A stretch of DNA of 64,000 nucleotides from Cyanophora paradoxa CCMP329 (taxonomy: Eukaryota; Plantae; Glaucophyta). The stretch is from the NCBI GenBank assembly GCA_004431415.1, contig QPMI01000609.1, positions 62,001 to 126,000 on the forward strand, read 5' to 3'. Under the pieces are notes generated by a model. That model was not told the origin of the DNA and ran no database searches. It saw only the letters and a program-made list of their open reading frames with translations. A program made the position numbers and the translations under genes. This document shows positions 48,001 to 60,399 of this stretch, one piece after another; the first letter of the stretch is position 1, and each line of letters opens with the position of its first letter.

Positions 48001-51000
48001 TCCTGCAGGGAGCGCCGCGGCGCTGCGGGCGTCGTCAGATGGAGGGCCGCCGGAGGGGCAGACGCGGGGGGCGCGGGGCGCTGCGTGCTCCGCGGGCACC
48101 GATCCCGGCGCCCGCGCGGGCCGCTCCGGCCCCGCCTTGTGCACGTGCGCGCGGCGAGCGGATCCCGAGGCCAGGCCCGCCTGGCCGGCGCCCAGGGGGC
48201 CCCTCGCTCCCGACTGCCAGTCCGAGAGGAGGCATGCCGCCCCCACTGTAGTAGGCATAGCTGCAGCTATAGGCCCCCAGCTCAATCCTGTACATGTTTC
48301 ACGCTGTATACGTGTGGATTGCAATTGCTGGTACTGGCGAGTATCGATATTGTTTACGGCCGTCAGACTACTAGGGCTATGAAGCCGGGCGGGCGCGGGC
48401 GGGGCGGCTGGAGCCGACGAGGACAGGCATGCGCACGGGGGCAGCGGCCCGGCGGGGCGGCGGCTGGAGAGGGCGCGCAGGGCCGCGTCGGGCGGGCCGG
48501 GGGCCTGCGGGGCGGACGCGCTCGGCTGCAGGCGATGGGCTGCGCCAGCCGCGAAGGCTGTGCGGGACCGCGGCCTTTCTGCCCCCTCCACCCCCTGTCC
48601 CCGAAGCTAGCTGCAGCCCGCGGCCGCCGGAAGCACCGAGGGGCGGCCAGAGCCGGCGCCCCACGCTCGCCGCCGCCGGCCGCGCCCTTCGCCCGCCCCG
48701 GCGGCCACTGCGGCCAAGCGCCCGCGCCGCCCGCTTGCGACCGCTCCCCCAGATCTTGCTCGGCGGGCGCCGTGCCGAGCCCGGAACCGCCGCCGCGCTG
48801 CTAGACCCGGCCGGCTGCGCGCGGGGCGAGGCGTGAGCGCGGGCGACGGCCCTCAGCCGGCGGGGCAGCACAGCCCGCGACGGGCGCACCTGTAAGGCTG
48901 GCCCGCCCAGCGCCCCGCCCCGCGCCGGCGCCGGCGCCCGCGCCCCGCCCCGCCCGCGCCGGCAAGCGCCGCCGGGCCCAGGAGCGGTCCCCGCCCCGCG
49001 TCGCTCCCGTGCAAGCTGACGCACCGCTGCGCGGGCGCGCCTCAGAGGCGAAGAGGGAGGGTGGGGCAGGGGAGAGGACCAGGACGCGCCATGCAAGTCA
49101 GAGACTTAAGGGGGTTGAAGGCGCAGACCCTCTGCAGCGCGCCAGCGCCTCGGGGGTCACGCCACGGGTCACGCCACGCCTGCAAGGACGCTTAGCTATG
49201 GGCACGGCAGCCGCTGAGCGCGCCCGCGGGCCAAGTCCCGCACCGCACTGCGACAGCTGCGGCCGCACTGCGGTATCCGTTGCGGTGCCGCAGCGGCGAC
49301 GCGACGCAGGCAGCTCTGCGCTCCCGCCCGTCAACGTGAGTTAGCCGGGGCGGGCCGTCGATGCCGCGCAGGCGAAAGAACCACGCACGAGGCGGACGAT
49401 GCCGCGAGCACCACTGGGGCAGCTCACAGCAGACGGTGGTTGCTCACACGCCCCGCGGCCGCCTGCGAAGGCGCGCGCTCACTCACCCGGAGATCTAGCT
49501 AGAACGTCTAGCTAGATCGCACGGCGCTAGGCGCACCTCCCGTTCACGGGTTCAGGATCGAGTCCCCGCAACCCACCCACCTCGACGCCACCGCATCGCA
49601 GCGACTCCACGCACCCTCCACAGCGCTCGCAACGCTCCGCGGCCGAAGCTCGCCTCGCGCGCCGCCGCCTGCCGCGCTCCTCTCGCCCGTCTTCCTCGTG
49701 ACGAGCAGCAGCGGGAGAGCTGATCTTGAGCCGGCAGGCGCACGTGCCGCCTTCTCAAGAAGACAGGGAGAGGCTCCGCGGCGGCTCATGCGCCCCGGCT
49801 GGCGGGGGCACAGGCTGCGAAGGTGTGCGCTGGGATTCTGGGACCGCGCCCTGGGACTGCTGCCATTGGCTGAGACGTTGAAGCTCGCGGCGCGACACGT
49901 ACACGTGGACGTCACGCCACTCCAGTGAAGGGAAAAGTGTTGGCTGGCCAACACTTTTTCGGGGTAGAGCGCGCTTCGTGCGCCGCGCCCGGTGCGAGGA
50001 AGGACTTCAGCCGCTATGCCGCTCGACCCCCGCGTGTGACCCGCGCTTTGGACGTTCTCGGCGCGCTCCGGCATGCTCCGCGCCGCCGTTCGGGCGGTCT
50101 GTGTTTGGTTCCTGGCCCGCTTGTCCACTCGCCGCCTGGGAGCTGCAGCTGGCCGGTGATACCATGCTCGGCGAGCATCGCGGCTTGCTCAGGTGCGTCG
50201 AAACGCGGCGTGAGTGTGTATGCAAGTGGCGTAGCTAACGGGGGCGCCAGGGCGACCGCCATCGCTGACGATCGGGCCGGGGCCGGGAGGCGGCGCGTGC
50301 GCTTCGCCGCCCGCTCCCATGGCGGGCTGCGCATGCGGTTTCGCCGTCCATGTCGGCACCTGCTCGCAGACTCGCGGGGTCGCGGCCGGCCCAGATGCGT
50401 GGCGGCACGTTCGGCGGGCATCGCCGCTCTTGCTCGTAAGCTGCGCCGCCGAGCATGCAGGTCGTACGACAAGCAGTTCGATGGGGAGGTCGCCGCGTCG
50501 CCCGCCGCCTGCTTAATCCTCAGCGTCGGGTGCGCGCATGCACATGCGGCGTACCTAGTGGCACAGGTAGCGCTCCAGTTGGAGCGGAAGGCGCGCGCTC
50601 GCATGCCCGACTCTCACTCACGAAGCGCTCGCTCAGCGGCTCCGAGCAGGGCCCGGGGCCGCTGGATCGGGCGGGCGCGTCCGGAGTGATCATGACGTCC
50701 CCTCTGCTCCGACCTTCCTCCTCCTCGGTCTCCTGCCGCCCGCCGGCCCATGGCCCGCCTCGGACGGGCTTTGGGAGCTCGCGCGGGGCCCGGGCGCCGG
50801 CTGGCCAAGGGCCGCGCCGAGCTGGTTGCGAACTTGGCGAGCGGTCCCGGGGAGGCAGCGGCACAGCGCGCGGTCCGCGCCTCGGTCGGCTCCTCACTCG
50901 GCGCCGACGCCGGCTCGGCGCCGACGCCGGCCGCCTCCTGCAGGGAGCGCCGCGGCGCTGCGGGCGTCGTCAGATGGAGGGCCGCCGGAGGGCAGACGCG

Positions 51001-54000
51001 GGGGGCGCGGGGCGCTGCGTGCTCCGCGGGCACCGATCCCGGCGCCCGCGCGGGGCCGCTCCGGCCCCGCCTTGTGCACGTGCGCGCGGCGAGCGGATCC
51101 CGAGGCCAGGCCCGCCTGGCCGGCGCCCAGGGGGGCCCCTCGCTCCCGACTGCCAGTCCGAGAGGAGGCATGCCGCCCCCACTGTAGTAGGCATAGCTGC
51201 AGCTATAGGCCCCCAGCTCGATCCTGTACATGTTTCACGCTGTATACGTGTGGATTGCAATTGCTGGTACTGGCGAGTATCGATATTGTTTACGGCCGTC
51301 AGACTACTAGGGCTATGAAGCCGGGCGGGCGCGGGCGGGGCGGCTGGAGCCGACGAGGACAGGCATGCGCACGGGGCAGCGGCCCGGCGGGGCGGCGGCT
51401 GGAGAGGGCGCGCAGGGCCGCGTCGGGCGGGCCGGGGCCTGCGGGGCGGACGCGCTCGGCTGCAGGCGATGGGCTGCGCCAGCCGCGAAGGCTGTGCGGG
51501 ACCGCGGCCTTTCTGCCCCTCCACCCCCTGTCCCCGAAGCTAGCTGCAGCCCGCGGCCGCCGGAAGCACCGAGGGGCGGCCAGAGCCGGCGCCCCACGCT
51601 CGCCGCCGCCGGCCGCGCCCTTCGCCCGCCCCGGCGGCCACTGCGGCCAAGCGCCCGCGCCGCCCGCTTGCGACCGCTCCCCCAGATCTTGCTCGGCGGG
51701 CGCCGTGCCGAGCCCGGAACCGCCGCCGCGCTGCTAGACCCGGCCGGCTGCGCGCGGGGCGAGGCGTGAGCGCGGGCGACGGCCCTCAGCCGGCGGGCAG
51801 CACAGCCCGCGACGGGCGCACCTGTAAGGCTGGCCCGCCCAGCGCCCCGCCCCGCGCCGGCGCCGGCGCCGGCGCCCCGCCCCGCCCGCGCCGGCAAGCG
51901 CCGCCGGGCCCAGGAGCGGTCCCCGCCCCCGCGTCGCTCCCGTGCAAGCTGACGCACCGCTGCGCGGGCGCGCCTCAGAGGCGAAGAGGGGAGGGTGGGG
52001 CAGGGGAGAGGACCAGGACGCGCCATGCAAGTCAGAGACTTAAGGGGGTTGAAGGCGCAGACCCTCTGCAGCGCGCCAGCGCCTCGGGGGTCACGCCACG
52101 GGGTCACGCCACGCCTGCAAGGACGCTTAGCTATGGGCACGGCAGCCGCTGAGCGCGCCCGCGGGCCAAGTCCCGCACCGCACTGCGACAGCTGCGGCCG
52201 CACTGCGGTATCCGTTGCGGTGCCGCAGCGGCGACGCGACGCAGGCAGCTCTGCGCTCCCGCCCGTCAACGTGAGTTAGCCGGGGCGGGCCGTCGATGCC
52301 GCGCAGGCGAAAGAACCACGCACGAGGCGGACGATGCCGCGAGCACCACTGGGGCAGCTCACAGCAGACGGTGGTTGCTCACACGCCCCGCGGCCGCCTG
52401 CGAAGGCGCGCGCTCACTCACCCGGAGATCTAGCTAGAACGTCTAGCTAGATCGCACGGCGCTAGGCGCACCTCCCGTTCACGGGTTCAGGATCGAGTCC
52501 CCGCAACCCACCCACCTCGACGCCACCGCATCGCAGCGACTCCACGCACCCTCCACAGCGCTCGCAACGCTCCGCGGCCGAAGCTCGCCTCGCGCGCCGC
52601 CGCCTGCCGCGCTCCTCTCGCCCGTCTTCCTCGTGACGAGCAGCAGCGGGAGAGCTGATCTTGAGCCGGCAGGCGCACGTCCCGCCTTCTCAAGAAGACA
52701 GGGAGAGGCTCCGCGGCGGCTCATGCGCCCCGGCTGGCGGGGGCACATGCAGGCTGCGAAGGTGTCCGCTAGGACCGCGCCCTGGGACTGCTGCCATTGG
52801 CTGAGACGTTGAAGCTCGCGGCGCGACACGTACACGTGGACGTCACGCCACTCCAGTGAAGGGAAAAGTGTTGGCTGGCCAACACTTTTTCGGGGTAGAG
52901 CGCGCTTCGTGCGCCGCGCCCGGTGCGAGGAAGGACTTCAGCCGCTATGCCGCTCGACCCCCGCGTGTGACCCGCGCTTTGGACGTTCTCGGCGCGCTCC
53001 GGCATGCTCCGCGCCGCCGTTCGGGCGGTCTGTGTTTGGTTCCTGGCCCGCTTGTCCACTCGCCGCCTGGGAGCTGCAGCTGGCCGGTGATACCATGCTC
53101 GGCGAGCATCGCGGCTTGCTCAGGTGCGTCGAAACGCGGCGTGAGTGTGTATGCAAGTGGCGTAGCTAACGGGGGCGCCAGGGCGACCGCCATCGCTGAC
53201 GATCGGGCCGGGGCCGGGAGGCGGCGCGTGCGCTTCGCCGCCCGCTCCCATGGCGGGCTGCGCATGCGGTTTCGCCGTCCATGTCGGCACCTGCTCGCAG
53301 ACTCGCGGGGTCGCGGCCGGCCCAGATGCGTGGCGGCACGTTCGGCGGGCATCGCCGCTCTTGCTCGTAAGCTGCGCCGCCGAGCATGCAGGTCGTACGA
53401 CAAGCAGTTCGATGGGGAGGTCGCCGCGTCGCCCGCCGCCTGCTTAATCCTCAGCGTCGGGTGCGCGCATGCACATGCGGCGTACCTAGTGGCACAGGTA
53501 GCGCTCCAGTTGGAGCGGAAGGCGCGCGCTCGCATGCCCGACTCTCACTCACGAAGCGCTCGCTCAGCGGCTCCGAGCAGGGCCCGGGGCCGCTGGATCG
53601 GGCGGGCGCGTCCGGAGTGATCATGACGTCCCCTCTGCTCCGACCTTCCTCCTCCTCGGTCTCCTGCCGCCCGCCGGCCCATGGCCCGCCTCGGACGGGC
53701 TTTGGGAGCTCGCGCGGGGCCCGGGGCGCCGGCTGGCCAAGGGCCGCGCCGAGCTGGTTGCGAACTTGGCGAGCGGTCCCGGGGAGGCAGCGGCACAGCG
53801 CGCGGTCCGCGCCTCGGTCGGCTCCTCACTCGGCGCCGACGCCGGCTCGGCGCCGACGCCGGCCGCCTCCTGCAGGGAGCGCCGCGGCGCTGCGGGCGTC
53901 GTCAGATGGAGGGCCGCCGGAGGGGCAGACGCGGGGGGGCGCGGGGCGCTGCGTGCTCCGCGGGCACCGATCCCGGCGCCCGCGCGGGGCCGCTCCGGCC

Positions 54001-57000
54001 CCGCCTTGTGCATGTGCGCGCGGCGAGCGGATCCCGAGGCCAGGCCCGCCTGGCCGGCGCCCAGGGGGGCCCCTCGCTCCCGACTGTCAGTCCGAGAGGA
54101 GGCATGCCGCCCCCACTGTAGTAGGCATAGCTGCAGCTATAGGCCCCCAGCTCGATCCTGTACATGTTTCACGCTGTATACGTGTGGATTGCAATTGCTG
54201 GTACTGGCGAGTATCGATATTGTTTACGGCCGTCAGACTACTAGGGCTATGAAGCCGGGCGGGCGCGGGCGGGGCGGCTGGAGCCGACGAGGACAGGCAT
54301 GCGCACGGGGGCAGCGGCCCGGCGGGGCGGCGGCTGGAGAGGGCGCGCAGGGCCGCGTCGGGCGGGCCGGGGGCCTGCGGGGCGGACGCGCTCGGCTGCA
54401 GGCGATGGGCTGCGCCAGCCGCGAAGGCTGTGCGGGACCGCGGCCTTTCTGCCCCCTCCACCCCTGTCCCCGAAGCTAGCTGCAGCCCGCGGCCGCCGGA
54501 AGCACCGAGGGGCGGCCAGAGCCGGCGCCCCACGCTCGCCGCCGCCGGCCGCGCCCTTCGCCCGCCCCGGCGGCCACTGCGGCCAAGCGCCCGCGCCGCC
54601 CGCTTGCGACCGCTCCCCCAGATCTTGCTCGGCGGGCGCCGTGCCGAGCCCGGAACCGCCGCCGCGCTGCTAGACCCGGCCGGCTGCGCGCGGGCGAGGC
54701 GTGAGCGCGGGCGACGGCCCTCAGCCGGCGGGCAGCACAGCCCGCGACGGGCGCACCTGTAAGGCTGGCCCGCCCAGCGCCCCGCCCCGCGCCGGCGCCG
54801 GCGCCGGCGCCCCGCCCCGCCCGCGCCGGCAAGCGCCGCCGGGCCCAGGAGCGGTCCCCGCCCCCGCGTCGCTCCCGTGCAAGCTGACGCACCGCTGCGC
54901 GGGCGCGCCTCAGAGGCGAAGAGGGGAGGGTGGGGCAGGGGAGAGGACCAGGACGCGCCATGCAAGTCAGAGACTTGAGGGGGTTGAAGGCGCAGACCCT
55001 CTGCAGCCCGCCAGCGCCTCGGGAGTCACGCCACGGGGTCACACCACGCCTGCGAGGACGCTTAGCTATGGCCATGCACGGCAGCCGCTGAGCGCGCCCG
55101 CGGGCCAAGTCCCGCACCGCACTGCGACAGCTGCGGCCGCACTGCGGCATCCGTTGCGGTGCCGCAGCGGCGACGCGACGCAGGCAGCTCTGCGCTCCCG
55201 CCCGTCAACGTGAGTTAGCCGGGGCGGGCCGTCGATGCCGCGCAGGCGAAAGAACCAACAGGCGAAAGAACCACGCGAAAGGGAGTCTTTTGTAGAGATA
55301 GGACCTCGTAGCCGGGAGTTTAGGTTGGTTTAGAAATCGATACAGCTAGCTTCCACATCATTAGTATTAGTTAGAAACCTCCTTAGCTAGATATCTAGAC
55401 ACGAAACCTTCAAACCTTTCGTTCATTTTGTACTTTCTAAAGCACAGCATACGACGGTCCTCGATAGTATCTAGTCGGAGAGATTTATTGGGCGATGTGA
55501 AACTCATTGTAGTTGTGTTGTGTGCTAATGCAAGAGATTGTTGAAGGCGCAGACCCTCTGCAGCGCGCCAGCGCCTCGGGGGTCACGCCACGGGGTCACG
55601 CCACGCCTGCAAGGACGCTTAGCTATGGGCACGGCAGCCGCTGAGCGCGCCCGCGGGCCAAGTCCCGCACCGCACTGCGACAGCTGCGGCCGCACTGCGG
55701 TATCCGTTGCGGTGCCGCAGCGGCGACGCGACGCAGGCAGCTCTGCGCTCCCGCCCGTCAACGTGAGTTAGCCGGGCGGGCCGTCGATGCCGCGCAGGCG
55801 AAAGAACCACGCACGAGGCGGACGATGCCGCGAGCACCACTGGGCAGCTCACAGCAGACGGTGGTTGCTCACACGCCCCGCGGCCGCCTGCGAAGGCGCG
55901 CGCTCACTCACCCGGAGATCTAGCTAGAACGTCTAGCTAGATCGCACGGCGCTAGGCGCACCTCCCGTTCACGGGTTCAGGATCGAGTCCCCGCAACCCA
56001 CCCACCTCGACGCCACCGCATCGCAGCGACTCCACGCACCCTCCACAGCGCTCGCAACGCTCCGCGGCCGAAGCTCGCCTCGCGCGCCGCCGCCTGCCGC
56101 GCTCCTCTCGCCCGTCTTCCTCGTGACGAGCAGCAGCGGGAGAGCTGATCTTGAGCCGGCAGGCGCACGTCCCGCCTTCTCAAGAAGACAGGGAGAGGCT
56201 CCGCGGCGGCTCATGCGCCCCGGCTGGCGGGGGCACATGCAGGCTGCGAAGGTGTCCGCTAGGACCGCGCCCTGGGACTGCTGCCATTGGCTGAGACGTT
56301 GAAGCTCGCGGCGCGACACGTACACGTGGACGTCACGCCACTCCAGTGAAGGGAAAAGTGTTGGCTGGCCAACACTTTTTCGGGGTAGAGCGCGCTTCGT
56401 GCGCCGCGCCCGGTGCGAGGAAGGACTTCAGCCGCTATGCCGCTCGACCCCCGCGTGTGACCCGCGCTTTGGACGTTCTCGGCGCGCTCCGGCATGCTCC
56501 GCGCCGCCGTTCGGGCGGTCTGTGTTTGGTTCCTGGCCCGCTTGTCCACTCGCCGCCTGGGAGCTGCAGCTGGCCGGTGATACCATGCTCGGCGAGCATC
56601 GCGGCTTGCTCAGGTGCGTCGAAACGCGGCGTGAGTGTGTATGCAAGTGGCGTAGCTAACGGGGCGCCAGGGCGACCGCCATCGCTGACGATCGGGCCGG
56701 GGCCGGGAGGCGGCGCGTGCGCTTCGCCGCCCGCTCCCATGGCGGGCTGCGCATGCGGTTTCGCCGTCCATGTCGGCACCTGCTCGCAGACTCGCGGGGT
56801 CGCGGCCGGCCCAGATGCGTGGCGGCACGTTCGGCGGGCATCGCCGCTCTTGCTCGTAAGCTGCGCCGCCGAGCATGCAGGTCGTACGACAAGCAGTTCG
56901 ATGGGGAGGTCGCCGCGTCGCCCGCCGCCTGCTTAATCCTCAGCGTCGGGTGCGCGCATGCACATGCGGCGTACCTAGTGGCACAGGTAGCGCTCCAGTT

Positions 57001-58380
57001 GGAGCGGAAGGCGCGCGCTCGCATGCCCGACTCTCACTCACGAAGCGCTCGCTCAGCGGCTCCGAGCAGGGCCCGGGGCCGCTGGATCGGGCGGGCGCGT
57101 CCGGAGTGATCATGACGTCCCCTCTGCTCCGACCTTCCTCCTCCTCGGTCTCCTGCCGCCCGCCGGCCCATGGCCCGCCTCGGACGGGCTTTGGGAGCTC
57201 GCGCGGGGCCCGGGGCGCCGGCTGCCAAGGGCCGCGCCGAGCTGGTTGCGAACTTGGCGAGCGGTCCCGGGGAGGCAGCGGCACAGCGCGCGGTCCGCGC
57301 CTCGGTCGGCTCCTCACTCGGCGCCGACGCCGGCTCGGCGCCGACGCCGGCCGCCTCCTGCAGGGAGCGCCGCGGCGCTGCGGGCGTCGTCAGATGGAGG
57401 GCCGCCGGAGGGGCAGACGCGGGGGGCGCGGGGCGCTGCGTGCTCCGCGGGCACCGATCCCGGCGCCCGCGCGGGGCCGCTCCGGCCCCGCCTTGTGCAT
57501 GTGCGCGCGGCGAGCGGATCCGAGGCCAGGCCCGCCTGGCCGGCGCCCAGGGGGCCCCTCGCTCCCGACTGTCAGTCCGAGAGGAGGCATGCCGCCCCCA
57601 CTGTAGTAGGCATAGCTGCAGCTATAGGCCCCCAGCTCGATCCTGTACATGTTTCACGCTGTATACGTGTGGATTGCAATTGCTGGTACTGGCGAGTATC
57701 GATATTGTTTACGGCCGTCAGACTACTAGGGCTATGAAGCCGGGCGGGCGCGGGCGGGCGGCTGGAGCCGACGAGGACAGGCATGCGCACGGGGCAGCGG
57801 CCCGGCGGGGCGGCGGCTGGAGAGGGCGCGCAGGGCCGCGTCGGGCGGGCCGGGGGCCTGCGGGGCGGACGCGCTCGGCTGCAGGCGATGGGCTGCGCCA
57901 GCCGCGAAGGCTGTGCGGGACCGCGGCCTTTCTGCCCCCTCCACCCCCTGTCCCCGAAGCTAGCTGCAGCCCGCGGCCGCCGGAAGCACCCAACCAGAGC
58001 CGGCGCCCCACGCTCGCCGCCGCCGGCCGCGCCCTTCGCCCGCCCCGGCGGCCACTGCGGCCAAGCGCCCGCGCCGCCCGCTTGCGACCGCTCCCCCAGA
58101 TCTTGCTCGGCGGGCGCCGTGCCGAGCCCGGAACCGCCGCCGCGCTGCTAGACCCGGCCGGCTGCGCGCGGGGCGAGGCGTGAGCGCGGGCGACGGCCCT
58201 CAGCCGGCGGGGCAGCACAGCCCGCGACGGGCGCACCTGTAAGGCTGGCCCGCCCAGCGCCCCGCCCCGCGCCGGCGCCGGCGCCCGCGCCCCGCCCCGC
58301 CCGCGCCGGCAAGCGCCGCCGGGCCCAGGAGCGGTCCCCGCCCCCGCGTCGCTCCCGTGCAAGCTGACGCACCGCTGCGC
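36020..58380. repeat. Macrosatellite: ~7.5 tandem copies of a ~2.9-kb unit
   Basis: Marker GATCTAGCTAGAACGTCTAGCTAGATC at 37173, 40732, 43618, 46555, 49492, 52427 and 55917 (spacings 3559, 2886, 2937, 2937, 2935, 3490). The two longer units carry a 654-bp internal duplication (37905/38559) or a filler plus restart. Confidence 0.97.
55280..55539. other. AT-rich non-array filler inside the macrosatellite
   Basis: Unrelated ~260-bp sequence; the array resumes at 55540, repeating sequence from 54983. Confidence 0.85.
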
Positions 58381-60399
58381 CAAGTAGGTCCTGCAGCTGG
58401 AGAAAGGGGCCCGGGGGGTGCCTGTATCTCTCAAGAACCCAAGAGGGATCAAAAGTTTCGCCAGTTTCTGCGCAAGACTTTTGGGGTACGGGAGAGCGGG
58501 AAACGGGGGGGGGCACTTCGGGCCGGGGCGGGCCGGGGCGGGACGGGAAGGGCCGGGGCGCTGCAGGCGGCGCGGCGCGGGGCGGCGCGAGCCGAGGCAG
58601 GAGGCAGCCGCGCGGGCGGCGACCGGGATGGGGGCGGGCGGCTCGAGCCTCGGGGGCCGCCCTCGCCTCCAGCCCCGGGCCGCTCCGCGAGGGCTGCCGC
58701 GCCCTCCGCTGCGGCGCTCCGCCGCGAAGCTCACCGGCGCCGGCCGCAGCGCCCCGCCCCGCACTGCGGCACGCCCCGCAGCTCCTGGCCCCGGATCCGG
58801 AACCTGGCCCCGCAGCGCGGTCCGCAGCATTCTGAAGCGGGCGGGGGCGGGCCTCTGACGGGTAGAACCCGGCATGAGCGGCAGCGGGCGGCAGCCGACC
58901 GTTGCGGCGGCGACAAAGACGGCCGCCGAGCCCGCCAGCGCGAAGTGGAGCCCAGCCCGGCGAGCAGCCCGCAGAGCTCCGCCGGCCTGCGCCCCGCTCG
59001 CCCCGCCGCGGCGTGCCGACAGCGGAGGGAGGGCGGGGGCGGGGCGCACCACAGCGAGAATTAACTCGGGTGTATCTTAAGAAAAACCCGAGATACCATT
59101 TCAGTGAAACGGACACGCAATGATGAGTCCGAAATACCATTTAAGCTCATCTCGGCAGGCATCTAAGCTTATTTAAGCTTATCTCGCAGGCCTGTGACCG
59201 GAGCACCCGTGCACCCGCGCCGCGCGCCCACCAGCGAGCAGCCAATCTCAATTGCACTCACTCTCTAGCTAGCTAGCTATCAGATGCCTGTATGGTCTCG
59301 CTAGCTAGCTAGCTACACCTACATCGCGCCAACTCTTAGCTAGCTCGCAGCGCCATCCGCGCAGCGCCATCGCCCACTTGTCCCGGCCGCCGGCGCCGCT
59401 CCATGTGCTCCACCACATCCGCGGCGCCTCGTTGCGCGTGCCGCGGTGCCGACAGGCGCCTGCACGCGCGAAGTCAAGGCAAGGCGCGGCGCCTAAAGCT
59501 CAGCGCGGGACGGGAAGCTATAGGATGGACCGGCCTGGCGCTCTTGCTAGCAAGCATTGCTAGCTAACGTGGCGCAGCCTGGGGCGCGCGCGTACCTGGT
59601 GCCAGAGGGACCGCGGAACGCGGAACGCAGGGAGACCACCGAGGGCTCCTGCAGGGAGTAGTCAGATCACTGAGCAATTCCGATGGCAGGACGGTGTCTT
59701 GGGCGCCGGCACTTGTTCGAACCTGCCATCACGTCTCGGTCCAGAGCGTCGGAATTCGCGTCTCGGTGCTCGGAAGGGTTGCTGTCCGCCCTCAAGAGCT
59801 AGTTAGCCAGCGTGGCACCAAGTGGACGGCGGGAGACCGACCGCGGCGGGTGTCCGTTGAAGCCGATGAACGGAAGCCGATGAACAAGGACCTGCGCGTG
59901 AAGAGGACAGGAATGCGCTACGAGTCGCGGTTCAATGCTGTTGCTCGGGCGGCGGCCAGCGAGGCCTGCGGGACGAAGACGTTGACGAAGGCTTTTTGGA
60001 TGTGTACCCTGTCCAATTGCGTACTGGTACCCCGGTCCCGCAGCTGCATTGCTGCTGCAACCCATCGTGCAGCTGAGCGAGTGCAAGCATACGTGTGCGA
60101 GGATGCCAAGGATGCCAAGAACTGGCGCGGCGCGATGTGGCGAAAGGCAACCGATACACAGCCCGAGCCGCTAGCGAGCGAAAAGCTTCGTGCGTGCCAA
60201 TTATAATACAATCTCTCCTATGAGTCCCCAGGGCTGAGTACTCCGTGGCGCAGGGCGACTCGGCGACGCAGCGCAGATGCTGACGCAGCGCAATCCATGC
60301 GGGGACCCGCCCTTCCGGCAAGCGATATGAACAGTTCGTACCACGCTTAGAAGTTTTCTCATAGACAAGTCATGGGGCCGCCGCATAGGGCCGAGGCGC

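Noticed and set aside
36020-58380. Helitron tandem array
   Set aside because: No Rep/helicase and no defined 5'-TC or 3' hairpin-CTRR junction; CTAG is ubiquitous here.
59100-59140. TGATGAGTCCGAAA as a hammerhead ribozyme core
   Set aside because: Lacks the C of CUGAUGA and the closing stem II followed by GAAA in the required order.
59694-60206. 170-aa ORF as a transposase fragment
   Set aside because: No recognisable motif; cannot be supported without a search.
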